From Hydrolagus colliei (lineage: Eukaryota), in assembly GCA_035084275.1 (NCBI GenBank), contig CM068742.1:154690001-154754000 (forward strand): a stretch of 64,000 nt of DNA, written 5' to 3'. The notes under the pieces are model-generated. The model was not told where the DNA came from. It searched no databases and saw only the letters and a program-made list of their open reading frames with translations. This document shows positions 48,301 to 60,211 of this stretch, piece by piece. Both the position numbers and the translations under genes were made by a program. Position 1 is the stretch's first letter; every line of letters begins with the position of its first letter.

Positions 48301-51300
48301 GCCATGTTTCGCCCCCAAATATACAATTAATTGACTTTACAATATATTCTGTGAAGCGCTTTGAGATGTCTAGAAGACGAAAAAAGCGCGACATCAAATG
48401 CAAGGATTATTATTAATAAAATACGCAGTCACTATTACACTACTGCAGCAAATCATGTGAAGTGCTATAAGATGTCCTCTTGACGTGAAAGACATTATAT
48501 CAAATGTGAGGATTATTAATTATATGGTTTTATCTTCCATCCTCTAAAAAATGTAAAATATAAATGTTTCTCTTTTTTAGTCGTCAAATGGATTTGGTTG
48601 TTGACAACGACTTGGTTCAACCTCAGCTGCCTACAGGAGACGGTAACTGTTTTATCTCGATTAGCGAGGGCACAATTTTCACACTGTATCTTCACTAACC
48701 CAGGGCTGGGTCTCAGCTTTGCTCAGTCAGTGACCCTCTCACCACTGGCTCTGGGTGTCAGACACACACAGAAACCCATCAATGCTTCAGAGTATCTGCA
48801 TCAGACTGAGAATGTAAATCACCTGCTCATCGACATTTCCATATATGGAATGGCGCACTCTCCCTCTCCATGGAGAGACTCATCCTGGTTACCTCATTTC
48901 AGAGAATATTCACACATAATGGCCATGGCCTGGGGACCTCACAGTGTCCATTGAGGTAACTGCAAGAGTTCAACACCTGAAGCCACATTGCCTGCCACAC
49001 AGCTTTCACATTCTCCCGACTTCACATTGCTCCACATTAAACTTTGTCTGCCACATGTCTGCCCATTTTACCTGTCTGTCTACTGTTGTGTCTCTGACAG
49101 ATGCAGCTGCTGCAATCTACAGCGTGGTCACTCCATCACCAGCTCGGCAATCAGGTTTAGGTAAGAAACATGTCACATAGGGACAAAGCCAGCATTGCCT
49201 CGCCTCTCAGCCGACAGGCAACTGCCTTCCCTTTGCTGGCTCACAAGGCAGCACTCTAACCTCTCAGTTAACCTCTCTGGGTCCAAGTGACAAATTAGAT
49301 CCTTCCACTCACAAACATCTAGCCTTGCACACCAGGGCAGTGCTGGAGGAGAAGTACATTGGGTTGCTTAAGATGAGATCCCATCAATGCCTGTTGAGGA
49401 GGATGTTAAAGATCTAGTGGCTCAATTGGAAAACACAAGGGAGCAGATAAATTTGGTCATTCATTTCACGGTTGGTTATGGGATGTTGCTGGATGCAAAT
49501 TGGTAGTCGCGTTTACCAACAACTACACAGTCACTACACTTTACGGTAGCGTGTGAGAGTAAGAAATGACATGCATTAACATATAACAAGAAACTGAAAG
49601 CCAATGGGAAAAGTGGAGTTGGACTAAAGGGAGAATCTTTCAGAGCCTCACAGGCATCAATGGCCCCCAATTACCACAATATCGTTAGATTCAGACTAAT
49701 TATGGAAAGGCATAAGGAACGATCACAGGTGAGGACACTCAACTGGAGAAGGGCTAATTTCAATGAGTTGAGGTGGGACCTAGCCAAGGTGGATTGGAAA
49801 GAAAAATTGGCAGGTAAGACAACTAACGAGCAGTGGGCAGTGTTCAAAGAGGAGATAGTTCAGGCACAGGTCAAAAGCATCCCCACAAAGGTGAAATGTA
49901 AGGCATCCAAACCTCCCTGGATGACTAAGGAAATCGGGGCCAAAATAAAACAAAAAAAAGAGGCTTGTGATAAGTGTCAGGCTCAAAATTCAGAAGGGAA
50001 CCAAGCAGAATATAGGAAGTGTAGGATAGAACTAAAAAAGGAAGTTAGAGGGGCAAAGAGACTGCATGAGAAACAATTAGCGAGTAAGATTAAGGGGAAC
50101 CCTAAGGTTTTTTACCAACATATTAAGAGTAAAAGGTTGGTCAAGGATAGGGTGGGGCCAATTAGGGACCTAGGAGGAAATCTCATTGTGGAGGCAGAGG
50201 GCATGGCTGATGAACTGAATGAGTACTTCGCCTCTGTCTTCACAAAAGAAAAGGATACAGCCAATGCCATAGTATTGGAGGAGAGGGTAGGAGAAATGGA
50301 TAGAATAATTATAACCAGAGAGGAAGTTCTAAAAAGGTTGACGTCGCTCAAGGTGGATAAGTCACCTGGTCCGGATGGGATGCACCCTAGGTTACTAAGT
50401 GAGGCATGGGAGCAAATAGCAGGGACTCTGGCCATGATCTTTCAGTCTTCCTTGGACACAGGGGTGGTGCTAGAGGACTGGAGGATAGCTAATGTTACTC
50501 CCTTGTATAAAAAGGGGCAGAAGGACAATCCTGGTAAATACAGACCAGATAGTCTAACGTCGGTAGTGGGGAAACTTCTAGAGTCCATAATCAGGGACAA
50601 GATAGATCTTCACTTAGAAAGATATAGGCTAATAAAGGACAGTCAACATGGATTTGTTAAAGACAAATCTTGACTTACAAATCTGATAGAATTTTTTGAT
50701 GAGGTAACGGAATGGGTGGATAATGGTAGCGCAGTTGATGTAGTTTACATGGACTTTCAAAAGGCATTTGACAAAGTGCCACATGAGAGACTTATTAGGA
50801 TATTAAAGGCCCATGGCGTAAAAGGGAAAGTGGCAGAGTGGATCCACAATTTGCTGCGAGACAGAAAGCAGAGAGTTGTAGTGAGCGGCTGTTTTTCAGA
50901 CTGGAGGGAAGTGAGCAGTGGTGTGCCACAGGGATCGGTTTTGAGACCATTGCTCTTTGTAATCCACATCAATGATCTGGACTTGGGTGTAGGGAGTACA
51001 GTTTCCAAGTTTGCAGATGACACTAAGTTAGGGAGAATAGTAAATAGTGAGGAGGATAGTAGCCATCTGCAAGAGGATATAGACAAATTGGTAAAGTGGG
51101 CAGACACATGGCAGATGAAGTTTAATGCAGAGAAGTGTGAGGTGATGCATTTTGGGAGAAGAAATGAAGGGAGGCAATATAGGCTAGATAGTACAATTTT
51201 AAATGGTGTGAAGGAACAGAGAGACCTGGGGATTTTTGTTAGTTACTCGTTGAAGGTGGCAGGACAGGTAGACAAGGCTGTTAAGAAGGCATATGGGATA

Positions 51301-54007
51301 CTAGGCTTTATAAGTAGGGGTATAGAATTCAAAGGCAGGAAGTGCTGACTAACCTCTATAAGACTTTGGTGAGGCCTCAGCTGGAATACTGTGTTCAATT
51401 CTGGTCACCACACTACAGAAAGGATGTGAAGACATTGGAAAGGGTACAAAGAAGATTTACTAGGATGGTGCCAAGATTGAGGGACTTCAGCTATGAGGAG
51501 AGGCTAGATAGGCTTAGGTTATTCTCTCTGGAACAGAGAAGATTGAGGGGAGACCTAATAGAGGTTTATAAGATCATGAGGGGTTTCGACAGGGCAAATA
51601 GAGAAAAACTATTCCCACTCGTGGTCGAATCTGTGACTCGTGGTCACAGATTTAAATTAGTTTCAAGGCGAAGTAGAGGGGAGCTGAGGAGAATTTTTTT
51701 CACTCAGCGAGTTGTTCAAATCTGAAACGCATTGCCTGAAATGGTGGTGGAGGCTGATTCGATAACAACTTTTAAAAGGGAATTAGATCTTTATTTAGGG
51801 AGAACAGGTCTATTAGGCTGTGGGGAGCGGGCGGGGCAGTGGGATTCAATCGCTCTTTTCAAAGAGCCGGCACAGACTAGATGGGCCAAATGGCCTCCTT
51901 TTGTGCCGTAAAATTCTATGAATCTATGAATCTATGAATTTGGCATAAATGTTCTGCTGGTATAAACAGGGCTGTAATGAGAGGGGAGCATTAGGGTCTG
52001 TCATGGGATGGCTGAGAGGGACTTTATAGAGGCTGCTGCTGCCCAGGGATATGGTGGAATGTGGCAAAGGGGAAGCTGAAGAGGGATGGAGAAGGTGCTG
52101 ACTGTTGTGTCTCTGACAGATGAAGCTGCTGTGATCTACAGCGAGGTTACCCCAGCACTGGCCAGGCAAACAGCTACAGGTAAGAAACGTATCACACAGG
52201 GACAGATCTGGCATTGTCTCACCTCTCAACCGACCTTCTCTCTCCTGACTGGGGTTAATTATCAGGCTGGCTCAGTTGGAAATACTCAGATAGCTGGTTG
52301 TGGTTTCAACATCCAAATTTGGTCGTTTACATGTAATCTACATGAGAAACTCCACATTATCGGAGGCGTCGTCCATCAGGCCCTGTTCAGGTGGATGTTA
52401 AATGTATCCTGTGGTAGAACAACAACAAGAAAATTACATTTGTAATTTCACATTGGACATCCTCCTGATGTGAAAGCCACTATACTATTACTACTAATAT
52501 ATATTATACTATTTTGTTGTTTTTGTTGTTTGGAGGGCGTCCCAAGGTATGTACTGTTAGAAAAGAGAAGGGAGTTTCTCTGGGTGTCTAGTTTAAATTG
52601 TTTATTTACTTAATGGCTAGTTGTGGGTCCAAATTGACTGTCGCATTCAACAACATAATTACATGTGTATGGCGCCTTTCACGTCAGGAGGATATCCCAA
52701 GGTGCCGGACAGTTACTGCTTCAGACCCGAGCTGAGGACGGTGAGAAGGAGGGGGGAAGGAGTTATCGATGGGTCCATCGAAGAGGAGTCTTGAGGCGAG
52801 ACTTGAAGGAGTCTAGTGAGGGAGCGAGGCAGAGGGATTTTGGGATGGAGCTCCAAAGGTTGGGGTCGAAGTGACTGAAGGCTCAACAAATACACAGTCG
52901 CAACTAATACAGTGAATCCTGGAACATGTCAGAAGTACTTTGATGTATTTTGACAATGTGATAGCACACACCGCTTTGCTGAGTCCTCCAAATGTGAAAT
53001 GGATAATAAATTATTGTTGCTGTTGTTGTTAAATCAAATGCCAGGAATAATATCCAATTGAGCATTGACCTCAGATTCATGGGGGTTGCTCACCAGCCCC
53101 CAGGGCCTGGCTTGTGTTTCCAATTCCCAGTTCACTGTTCATTCCTTGAACCTTTGTCCCAGCTTTCGGGACTGGGCTTCAGACATTAAAGCCTTATCTC
53201 TGGACTTCCACATACACAATAAATACAAACTCCATTTGATAACTAGTGTCATATTTCATTTGTGAAGCCAATTTCCAATTGCTAATTATTTACCAACATT
53301 GTCTGTCTCTCCTTCAGAAGTGTACGGAAATTCTACCATCAGAACCGTTGATGACAGTGAGTGTTGTCTACCTTTTCTGGTTTATTGTTTATCCAGTGTC
53401 TTCTCCGCTCGCACTCTGGCTTTGGGTCAGGAGGAGGGGTATTGGAGCCTCTACGTTGGGGAATTTGAGGTCACACAGTCCAGGCTGATGCTCCAGTGCA
53501 GCAATGGGGAGAGCGCTGCATTGTCAGAAGTGCTGTCCTTTGATTGTGATGTTAAAGTGAGATCAAGCCCGTGTCTGTTTTTTTGGTCAGCCACGTGCAG
53601 AAACACATCTGCTGTGGCAAGAGAATCCAAACCTGACTGGGAGTTCCACAAATATATCTCACCCTTTCAGATAGAAATTTCACCGCATCTGGAATGCAAT
53701 GTGCTGTTGAGAAGGAAATTTCTCTCTCCTTGTGTCCTGGCCATCATTGGTTCAAATAAAATTGGTCGCTCACTTCATGGCTATTTGTGAGACATTTTAA
53801 ATGCAAACTGGGCGCCAGGTTTGCTGATAAAATATGGTTTTAAGACATTATATTAAATATGAGGGTTCTAATGACTTTACCCAGGACACACAGTGTATCA
53901 CAGCTCTCAGCAAGTGGAGGTACATGTCCTGATTCCATTTTGTTTCTCTTCTAGATGTGATTTATGCTGTCGTCACCAAATCGAAGAGGAGCTCAGCTGA
54001 GCAGTGA
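39322..54007 (+). CDS. SIGLEC15-like: Gene C: Siglec-15-like inhibitory receptor with a multi-ITIM tail; V1 exon frameshifted (529 aa if repaired, 399 aa if V1 is skipped)
   Basis: Exons 39322-39373, 41629-42017, 43531-43914, 46205-46663, 47345-47375, 48581-48642, 49101-49160, 52120-52179, 53318-53356 and 53955-54007. All are phase-compatible except for the 1-nt deletion in V1. Confidence 0.72.
40848..41470 (+). mobile_element. Degenerate CR1 3' fragment upstream of gene C V1
   Basis: CR1 ORF2 C-terminal and 3' UTR homology with stops. Absent from other units. Confidence 0.85.
41629..42017 (+). pseudogene. Gene C V1 exon with a 1-nt deletion (389 nt)
   Basis: GAG ACC CTG ATA CAG TGA instead of GAG ACC CCT GAT ACA GTG. 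The rest of the exon is open, with FSCRVE. Confidence 0.8.
43531..43914 (+). CDS. Gene C V2 exon
   Basis: 384 nt open, YFCHVH. Confidence 0.9.
43952..44160. repeat. Nested fold-back (GGTATTG/CAATACC) inverted-repeat tract at a CR1 5' junction
   Basis: Built from both orientations of the adjacent CR1 5' sequence GGATCGGTATTGGGACCACTGCAC. Confidence 0.85.
44160..45152 (+). mobile_element. 5'-truncated CR1 LINE in the gene C V2-C2 intron
   Basis: [15 protein letters not shown]..[11 protein letters not shown] remnants and a CR1 tail. Confidence 0.9.
46205..46663 (+). CDS. Gene C C2/stalk/TM exon
   Basis: 459 nt open, [25 protein letters not shown]. Confidence 0.9.
46489..46578 (+). repeat. Coding 18-bp tandem repeat (GDRESD x5) in the stalk
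   Basis: GGGGACAGGGAGAGCGAT x4 plus one variant unit. Gene A has 2 units (8073-8108) and gene B has 3 (26491-26544). Confidence 0.95.
48105..48416 (+). mobile_element. tRNA-derived SINE specific to gene C
   Basis: TAGCTCAGTGGTTAGAGC head and aaatgcaagg(att)n tail. Confidence 0.75.
49101..49160 (+). CDS. Gene C tail exon 3 (AIYSVV, ITIM-like)
   Basis: tctgacag|ATG...TTAG|gtaaga, 60 nt, phase 1-1. Confidence 0.75.
   Translation: MQLLQSTAWSLHHQLGNQV
49674..51938 (+). mobile_element. 5'-truncated CR1 LINE between tail exons 3 and 4
   Basis: RT ORF broken by a stop at 50671-50673 and a frameshift near 51340. CR1 tail present. Confidence 0.95.
52120..52179 (+). CDS. Gene C tail exon 4 (VIYSEV, canonical ITIM)
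   Basis: tctgacag|ATG...ACAG|gtaaga, 60 nt, phase 1-1. Confidence 0.8.
53318..53356 (+). CDS. Gene C tail exon 5 (EVYGN, YxN motif)
   Basis: cttcag|AAG...GACA|gtgagt, 39 nt. Confidence 0.75.
53955..54007 (+). CDS. Gene C terminal coding exon (VIYAVV ITIM, stop)
   Basis: ttctag|AT GTG ATT TAT GCT GTC GTC ... CAG TGA. Confidence 0.8.
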
Positions 54008-55665
54008 ACTCTGGCCCCTCCCAGAGTCTGCTGTGCACAGTTTATATAGGTGTGTCCTGCAGTGACTTATATTGGGCCTGGATCAGCAGCCAATACAATA
54101 ACATTGTACAATCAGTCCCTGAGAGAGCACGGCTCATTACAGTCCCAGTGTGTTTGTAGTGTGGCTGTGGCTTGTGGCCTTGCTGTGTGTAAACACATGT
54201 TATTGCTGCCTGTGACCTGCAATTTACAATTGTGTTTATCTCCACTTCAGGGAAATCAAACATGAGGGGGTCTGTCTTGAAAGGAAGAGTCTATTGTCTG
54301 TCAGGAGGGAAACACTGCTATTTGGTGGACATTCCAGCATTGAATACTAAATTTTTGCACAGATACCTTAGATCTACCTTCAAATAAAAATATTTTTTGC
54401 TGTTAATATAGCGCCTTATCATATCTTTGAAACATCTCAAAGCGGACACAACACAGCATGCAATTGCTCGCATCATTGTCCCACAAACAGAAGTAGATTG
54501 AGTGACCAAATTATTATTCATTATCAAATTTTTGTAAGGGATAATTATCCTTAGAAGAACAATCTATCAATTGACCAACAATTGAGTTCTACTTATTGCT
54601 AGGTAACCTGAGGCGTGTGGAGTAAGGAAACATGCCGACGTATTGCCATTCCCGGGAATCAAACCAGGTTCCTGCAGGACTACACATGCTTAGAGATTAC
54701 CCGCAAAGTGTTAGACTAGTTTCTATATAAATGCAAATTATTGTGATTAACTCCCAGTGCTGCACAGTGTGTGCTGCCTTTACACTCTGGGCCACTGGGG
54801 GCACTGCAGGATCGTCATCAGTTCACAAACCAGTGGACAATCTGTCTCAATGTTTTCTAACTTGAGGAACGCAAGAATTAAAGAAGGTTCTTGAGACCGG
54901 CCTTGAAGGAGGCAATGTGGGACGGAGTACCAGAGTGTGACAGCAGAGAGACTGAAAGCCTGGCCACCGATGGTTAGAAACATTCAGACAGAGGCATGGA
55001 GAAGACTGGAGCCTAATGAATGGAGGGAGCCAGCTCCCAACCTTGCCTCCTCATCTACTCTCCTGTAGACGTTGAATTATCCTACCATCCCTTCTTACTC
55101 TCCCTGCCCTCTACCCCTCCTGATTCCAAGTCTCAGCTCAGAGTCAAATCCCTCACTGTCCAATGCTTTAGGACATCCTACCGACATGAAAGGCACTATA
55201 CAGATATAATTGGTTGTTGATATAATAATAATTCTTGCATTTGGTTTAGTACCTATCATGTGAGATGTCTCAAAGCGTTTCACAAATATTCACTGGAAAG
55301 TGAATTGACTTTACAGTGTATTCTGTGAAGTGCTTTGACACATTTGTAAAAGCACTATAGCAAATGCAAGGAATATTCTTATTATATAAATGGATTAATC
55401 GCAGCTACCGTAATGACCCCAAAACATTTGGGAAATGAGTGATCGTATCCCTGTTGTTTTCTTGTTCTTGAGGGATTGTTGTCCATGTAGACGTGTCAGG
55501 CTAATATCAGGCCACAAAGAGGTGTTACTGCTAATATGAGCCCTGTTTTCTTCTGGTTGTTTGGAGGTGTTAATATTCATATCAGTCTACATAGATATCA
55601 CATGATGTAGCAGTTTCACTGTTAATATCAGAGGTTATAGCAGAGGAGCAGAGGTTAATATCAGA

Positions 55666-56000
55666 GGAGCTCCTGTGGCTTGGTGGTTAGAACACTTGTC
55701 GACCAAGCTGGGGAGACCTGTGTTCGAATCCAGGCAGGTCAGGATGAAACCTTGAGCAAGTTTCCTTGCTCCCCCCCCCCCCCGCACACACACACCTAAT
55801 AATAATCCATCCAAAAAAAACACTATAATAAAATTGCTCATTTCAATCCACGGCTGTTTTTGGGGACGCTGCTGTGCGCATGGCTGCCGCGATTCGCCCA
55901 CAAATATACAGTTAATACACTTTACAGCAGATTCTGTGAAGTGCTTTGGGATGTCGATAAAATGTGAAAAGCACAATATCAAATGCAAGGATTATTATTA
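55666..56000 (+). mobile_element. tRNA-derived SINE with a 9-bp target-site duplication
   Basis: TTATAGCAG at 55635-55643 and 56001-56009. B box GTTCGAATCC. The empty site is near 13705. Confidence 0.85.
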
Positions 56001-56436
56001 TTATAGCAGTTTTATTGTTACAGGCAGGGGAGAGAACTCCAATGAAAGTTGACAGAATTAATCTGGAAAGTATCGCCCCATTAACCTGACCTCAATAATT
56101 TTACTTCTTAATTGTTCTATCATTATCACTTCCTTTCTTTAGATATAATATAATTGACAGCCAGCACAGGTTCAGAAAAGGTACATATTGTTTGACCAAA
56201 CTCATTTTGAGTACTTTGTTTGAGGAGGTGACAGCTCAAATTAATTTGGGGAAGCTATGTGTTCTAGCAAAGCTAGATCCAGAAGACTTTCAACAAAGTG
56301 CCACAAGAAACCCAACTTCACAAATGGTAGTCACTGGATATTAAGAGAAAGACTAGGAACTGGATTCAGAATTGGCTGAAGGGAAGGAAGCAGAGGCCTT
56401 TGTTAGGGGAGCAATGTCATAATATATATTGTATGC

Positions 56437-57237
56437 GAGGGTCCGTCGATATGGAAATGTTCCGATTTAGATATATCGATGGGCTCATATCGAGATATAC
56501 CGATATATGGATATTTTCGGGGGTTTCGTACTGCTTATGCATGCGCGCATTCAGAGGTGTGCGCGCATTCGGGGCCTATCTCCTCAGGAGGTAAATATCT
56601 CTCTCTCTCTCACACTCACTCTCTCCATCTCTGTGTTTTTCTGTCTGTGTCTCTGTCCTTTCTCACATCCCCCCCCCCGCATCTATCTCTCTATCACATC
56701 CCCCCCGTCTCCCCCCCACCCACCAGTCTCTTTCTCTTCCCTTCCCCCCCCCCCCCCCCCACATCCCTGGTCTCTCTCTCTACTTCACCCCCACCCCGTC
56801 TCTCTCTCTACCTCCACCCGCCCCTCCTCCCCCCCCCCCCCCTCCGGTCTCTCTCTCCCTCCCCAGTCTCTCTCTCCCTCCCCATTCTCTCTTTCTCTCT
56901 CCCCCCCCACCCCTGTCTCCCTCTCTCTACCCCACCCCCCGGTCTCTCTCTCTCCCTCCCCCCCCCACCCCGGTCTCTCTCCGCTGAATCCCCCATCTCT
57001 CTCCCCTCACCCCTTGCATACCTGTATATTGTATTCTAGAACTATGAATACAATACGGCGGTTTTCACCTCGGTCTGTGCATTATGTATAGAGATGAGCA
57101 TTCTGGGTCTTGTAGTTCAGTGTGCGCGCATTCCGGTTTTCCGATATATCAACTTTTTCGGTATATCGGTATTTTTGGAATACGTATATCGGCATATCGA
57201 TATGAAAATTATATCCGATATAACTGATATATCGATA
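56437..57237. mobile_element. Possible non-autonomous DNA transposon (hAT-like) with an internal C/T-rich tract
   Basis: CpG-rich ends with many ATATCG/CGATAT repeats. Absent from the paralogous site (~38097-38280). No matching right TIR. Confidence 0.35.
56600..57015. repeat. Polypyrimidine / poly-C low-complexity tract
   Basis: (CT)n and C-runs up to about 20 nt. Confidence 0.95.
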
Positions 57238-58262
57238 AATGGCTTTTCTGGGAATAATAATTGGTTTTTGAAAAATGAAAAATGAATTGACCAATTCAAT
57301 CAATGATTGTTTGTGGAATACTTCTGTGCTGAATTGTCTGCTGTGTTGCCACAAAACATAGTCAAGTCACTTTACAGTTTATTCTGTGAAGATCTTTGAG
57401 ATGACAAATGCACACGATTATTAATGATGACCTGGAGTTGCAGACCCAGTGTAATATCGTCAAGATAATGGGACGGTGGAAGGGTTAGTGTTGGGAAGAA
57501 CAGTACAGAGGCTCAGAACAAAGCAGACGTGGGGGGTGGTGCTCAGACAGTGACCACAGAATGAGGGGAGGATAGAAATAGAAGGGTGAACAGTTGTGTC
57601 AGGGTGAAACAGGAAGCGATGAAAGGATAATGCTGGGAGCTCTGTACCCTGGTCCCGTCAGCCTCTGACACATTTAAGGAGTGATCTAATAGAGGATAAG
57701 AAATAGCAATAAATTCATGGCTGATCAGCCCAGTTAGTTACAAGAGAAATAAATCTAAAAACATGCCAAAAAAGAAACTAAGTGGGGGGGTTACAAACCC
57801 TGTCTTTACAGAGAAGTGGTGCAATAATGAAAATGTTTACAGATCACAATTAATGGCACAAGCCGTCATTCTATAAAAGGGAATTGAATAGATGTTTGAA
57901 GTGGAGGCATATTCTAGGATGTGGTGGGAGGGGAAGTGACCGGACTCTCAGCTCGGGTCCAAATGCATAGGGCCCTGGGACATCCTCCCAACATGAAAGT
58001 GCTGTAGAATGTCATGTATTTGGGATGTAAAGCTGTGGGCAATGTAAACGAGTATTAAACTTCACCCAGTGAGTGTAACATGGGGCGGGGGCAGAGTTAG
58101 TGTTGAAACATTGCAGAGGATCAGACAAGGGTGATGTGGGTGGGGTGTGGAGCTCTGGTGGTGACAAGGGAAATGAGGGGAGGAAGGAAAGAGAAGTGTG
58201 ACCAGCTGTGTCAGTGCGAGGCAGGCGTGCGAGGGGAAGGAGTGTGTCCTGAGTGAGGGAAG

Positions 58263-60211
58263 ATGATGCTGGGAGCTGTGCTCTGTGCCCTGGTCCTGTC
58301 AGCCTCTGCCTTACGTACGTACTTTCCAATCAGTAACTATAATAACTGCTCACACGCGATTGTCACCTCAATGCTCGACTCCGACAACTCCCTCCTTGAC
58401 GGCCTCCACAACTCTTCCCTCCACAAGCTGCAGATAATCCCAAACTTTGCAGCTCGTGTCCTCTCCCACACTAGACTGCGCGATCCTATCACTCCCACCC
58501 TCGCCCGGCTCCACTGGCTCCCCGTCCCTCAGAGGAACAAATTCATACTCACATTCAAGTCCCTCCACCCTTCTACCTCTCTGACCTGCAGATCCCCTAT
58601 TAACCTACTTGTTCCTTCCATTCAGCAAGCTCCAGCCGTCTGCATGTCTCGCATTCGATCTATCCGACACATCTTTGGCGGGCTTTCAGGCTCTCTGCTC
58701 CAATTCTTTAGAACTCTATCACACTATCAATCCCAACTCTATCAATCCTTTTGCCTTGCTTCCTCCCTTGCGTCCTTCAACGCTAGCTTGAAGACCCTCC
58801 TTTTTGAGAGTCACTTCAGCCGCCTTCCTACCACTCTGCCCTCCCTCATCACATACCTTCCCCCCCCACCACATCCCCTATGCTTGGGTCCTGGCACCTG
58901 ACTGTTCAGTGCCTTGGGATGTCCAAGCGACATGAAAGGCCCTCTACGAATATAGTTGTTGTGGTTCTTTACCTTTTAGTGGAATGATTACAGAGTCAAG
59001 TGACATCCGGATATAAGATTCTTGTCTTTAACGTTGACAAGAATGAGTGAGTTACTCACTGAGCCTCACAGGGCAAGTGTGTATTTGTTAACTCTGCCTC
59101 CGTTTGATTTCTACAATCTCTCTGTCTTGTCTGTGCTGCTTTTCGCTCCCCACTGGAGCTCTTTACTCTAATCTGATACTCAAGGGTTAGTACAAGCTAA
59201 ACTAACAGTTAGCCCCAACATTCCTAGTGTACATAATACTTTTCCATCAGACACCTGGGTGACAACAAATTATGGTATTTTTATAGTACACCCAGACCAC
59301 AACAGCGTTTTTCTTTCCACTTGACAGACGTCCAGTTTGTGGCAGAAAATTCCACAATTCTACCCATTCTGTGTGAAGACAGGAAAACCAAAGTGTTTGC
59401 TTGTCAACTCTCTGCCTCTACTTGATCTGTTTTAATCTCCTCATAGTTCCTGTTTTTTGTGATGGTATTAGATGTGTTCCTCTTGTGACTGTCTGGCTGT
59501 TCTATTGCCAGATCAGCTAAAATTTGTTGTCATTTCCCCTGTTGTGACTCATTGTGATCTCTATCTGGTCGCCCAGAACCTTCTCCGTTCTTGAGCCACC
59601 AATCTCCCAGATATCTCTTTGGATCTGAAACCCCTAACCTCTGGGAAAATGCCGATAAACTAGCATTTTTTTTCCCATCGGTTTTATATCGTTCTTACAG
59701 AGATCCCCAAATTGTCCACATTACTCACAGCTGTGAACAAACCAAGCTCTTGTCCAAGCTCAGTGTTGCCTGTTTGCTTTTATATTGTGTTCTGGTTCAC
59801 ATTACACCATGTGTGTCCTCACAGGGATCAGAAAGAATGGCTGGACAATGGAGACCCCTGATACAGTGACTGGCAGGTTAGGGTCACCAGTCATCATGTA
59901 CTGCAAGTTCACTCACCCTCACCCCAGATACACAGGCAACATCACCATCATGTGGAAGGGAGGCTGGTCTTGTCCTGTGTATTTTAAATATACAAACTAT
60001 AGGCCGGATTCACAGGGAAAGTATCAAAATGTCATTGATGTAAATGAGGGAGATCGATACCAAGTGATTGGGAACCCAAGGAGGAACGACGCTACAATAC
60101 AGATAAATCAGCTGAGGAGAGAGGACAATAAGAAGTTCAACTGTCGTGTGGAGCTCCAGGGTGAGGACGGAAAGGTTGAAACTCGCCCCAGAACTCGTCT
60201 GTATGTTACAG
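58263..60211 (+). CDS. SIGLEC15-like: Gene D, 5' part: leader (58263-58314) and intact V1 exon (59825-60211)
   Basis: Leader identical to A/B/C. V1 is 387 nt open with KFNCRVE. Downstream exons are not in the window. Confidence 0.75.

Noticed and set aside
56479-57091. Pro/Ser/Leu-rich ORFs of 186-194 aa
   Set aside because: Translation of a stop-poor C/T low-complexity tract.
1-60211. Antigen-receptor locus (Ig/TCR/IgNAR V segments) or NITR-type V-J genes
   Set aside because: No heptamer/nonamer RSS follows the V exons, which end in ordinary splice donors. No D, J or C1-set exons were seen, and the motifs fit Siglec-15 better.
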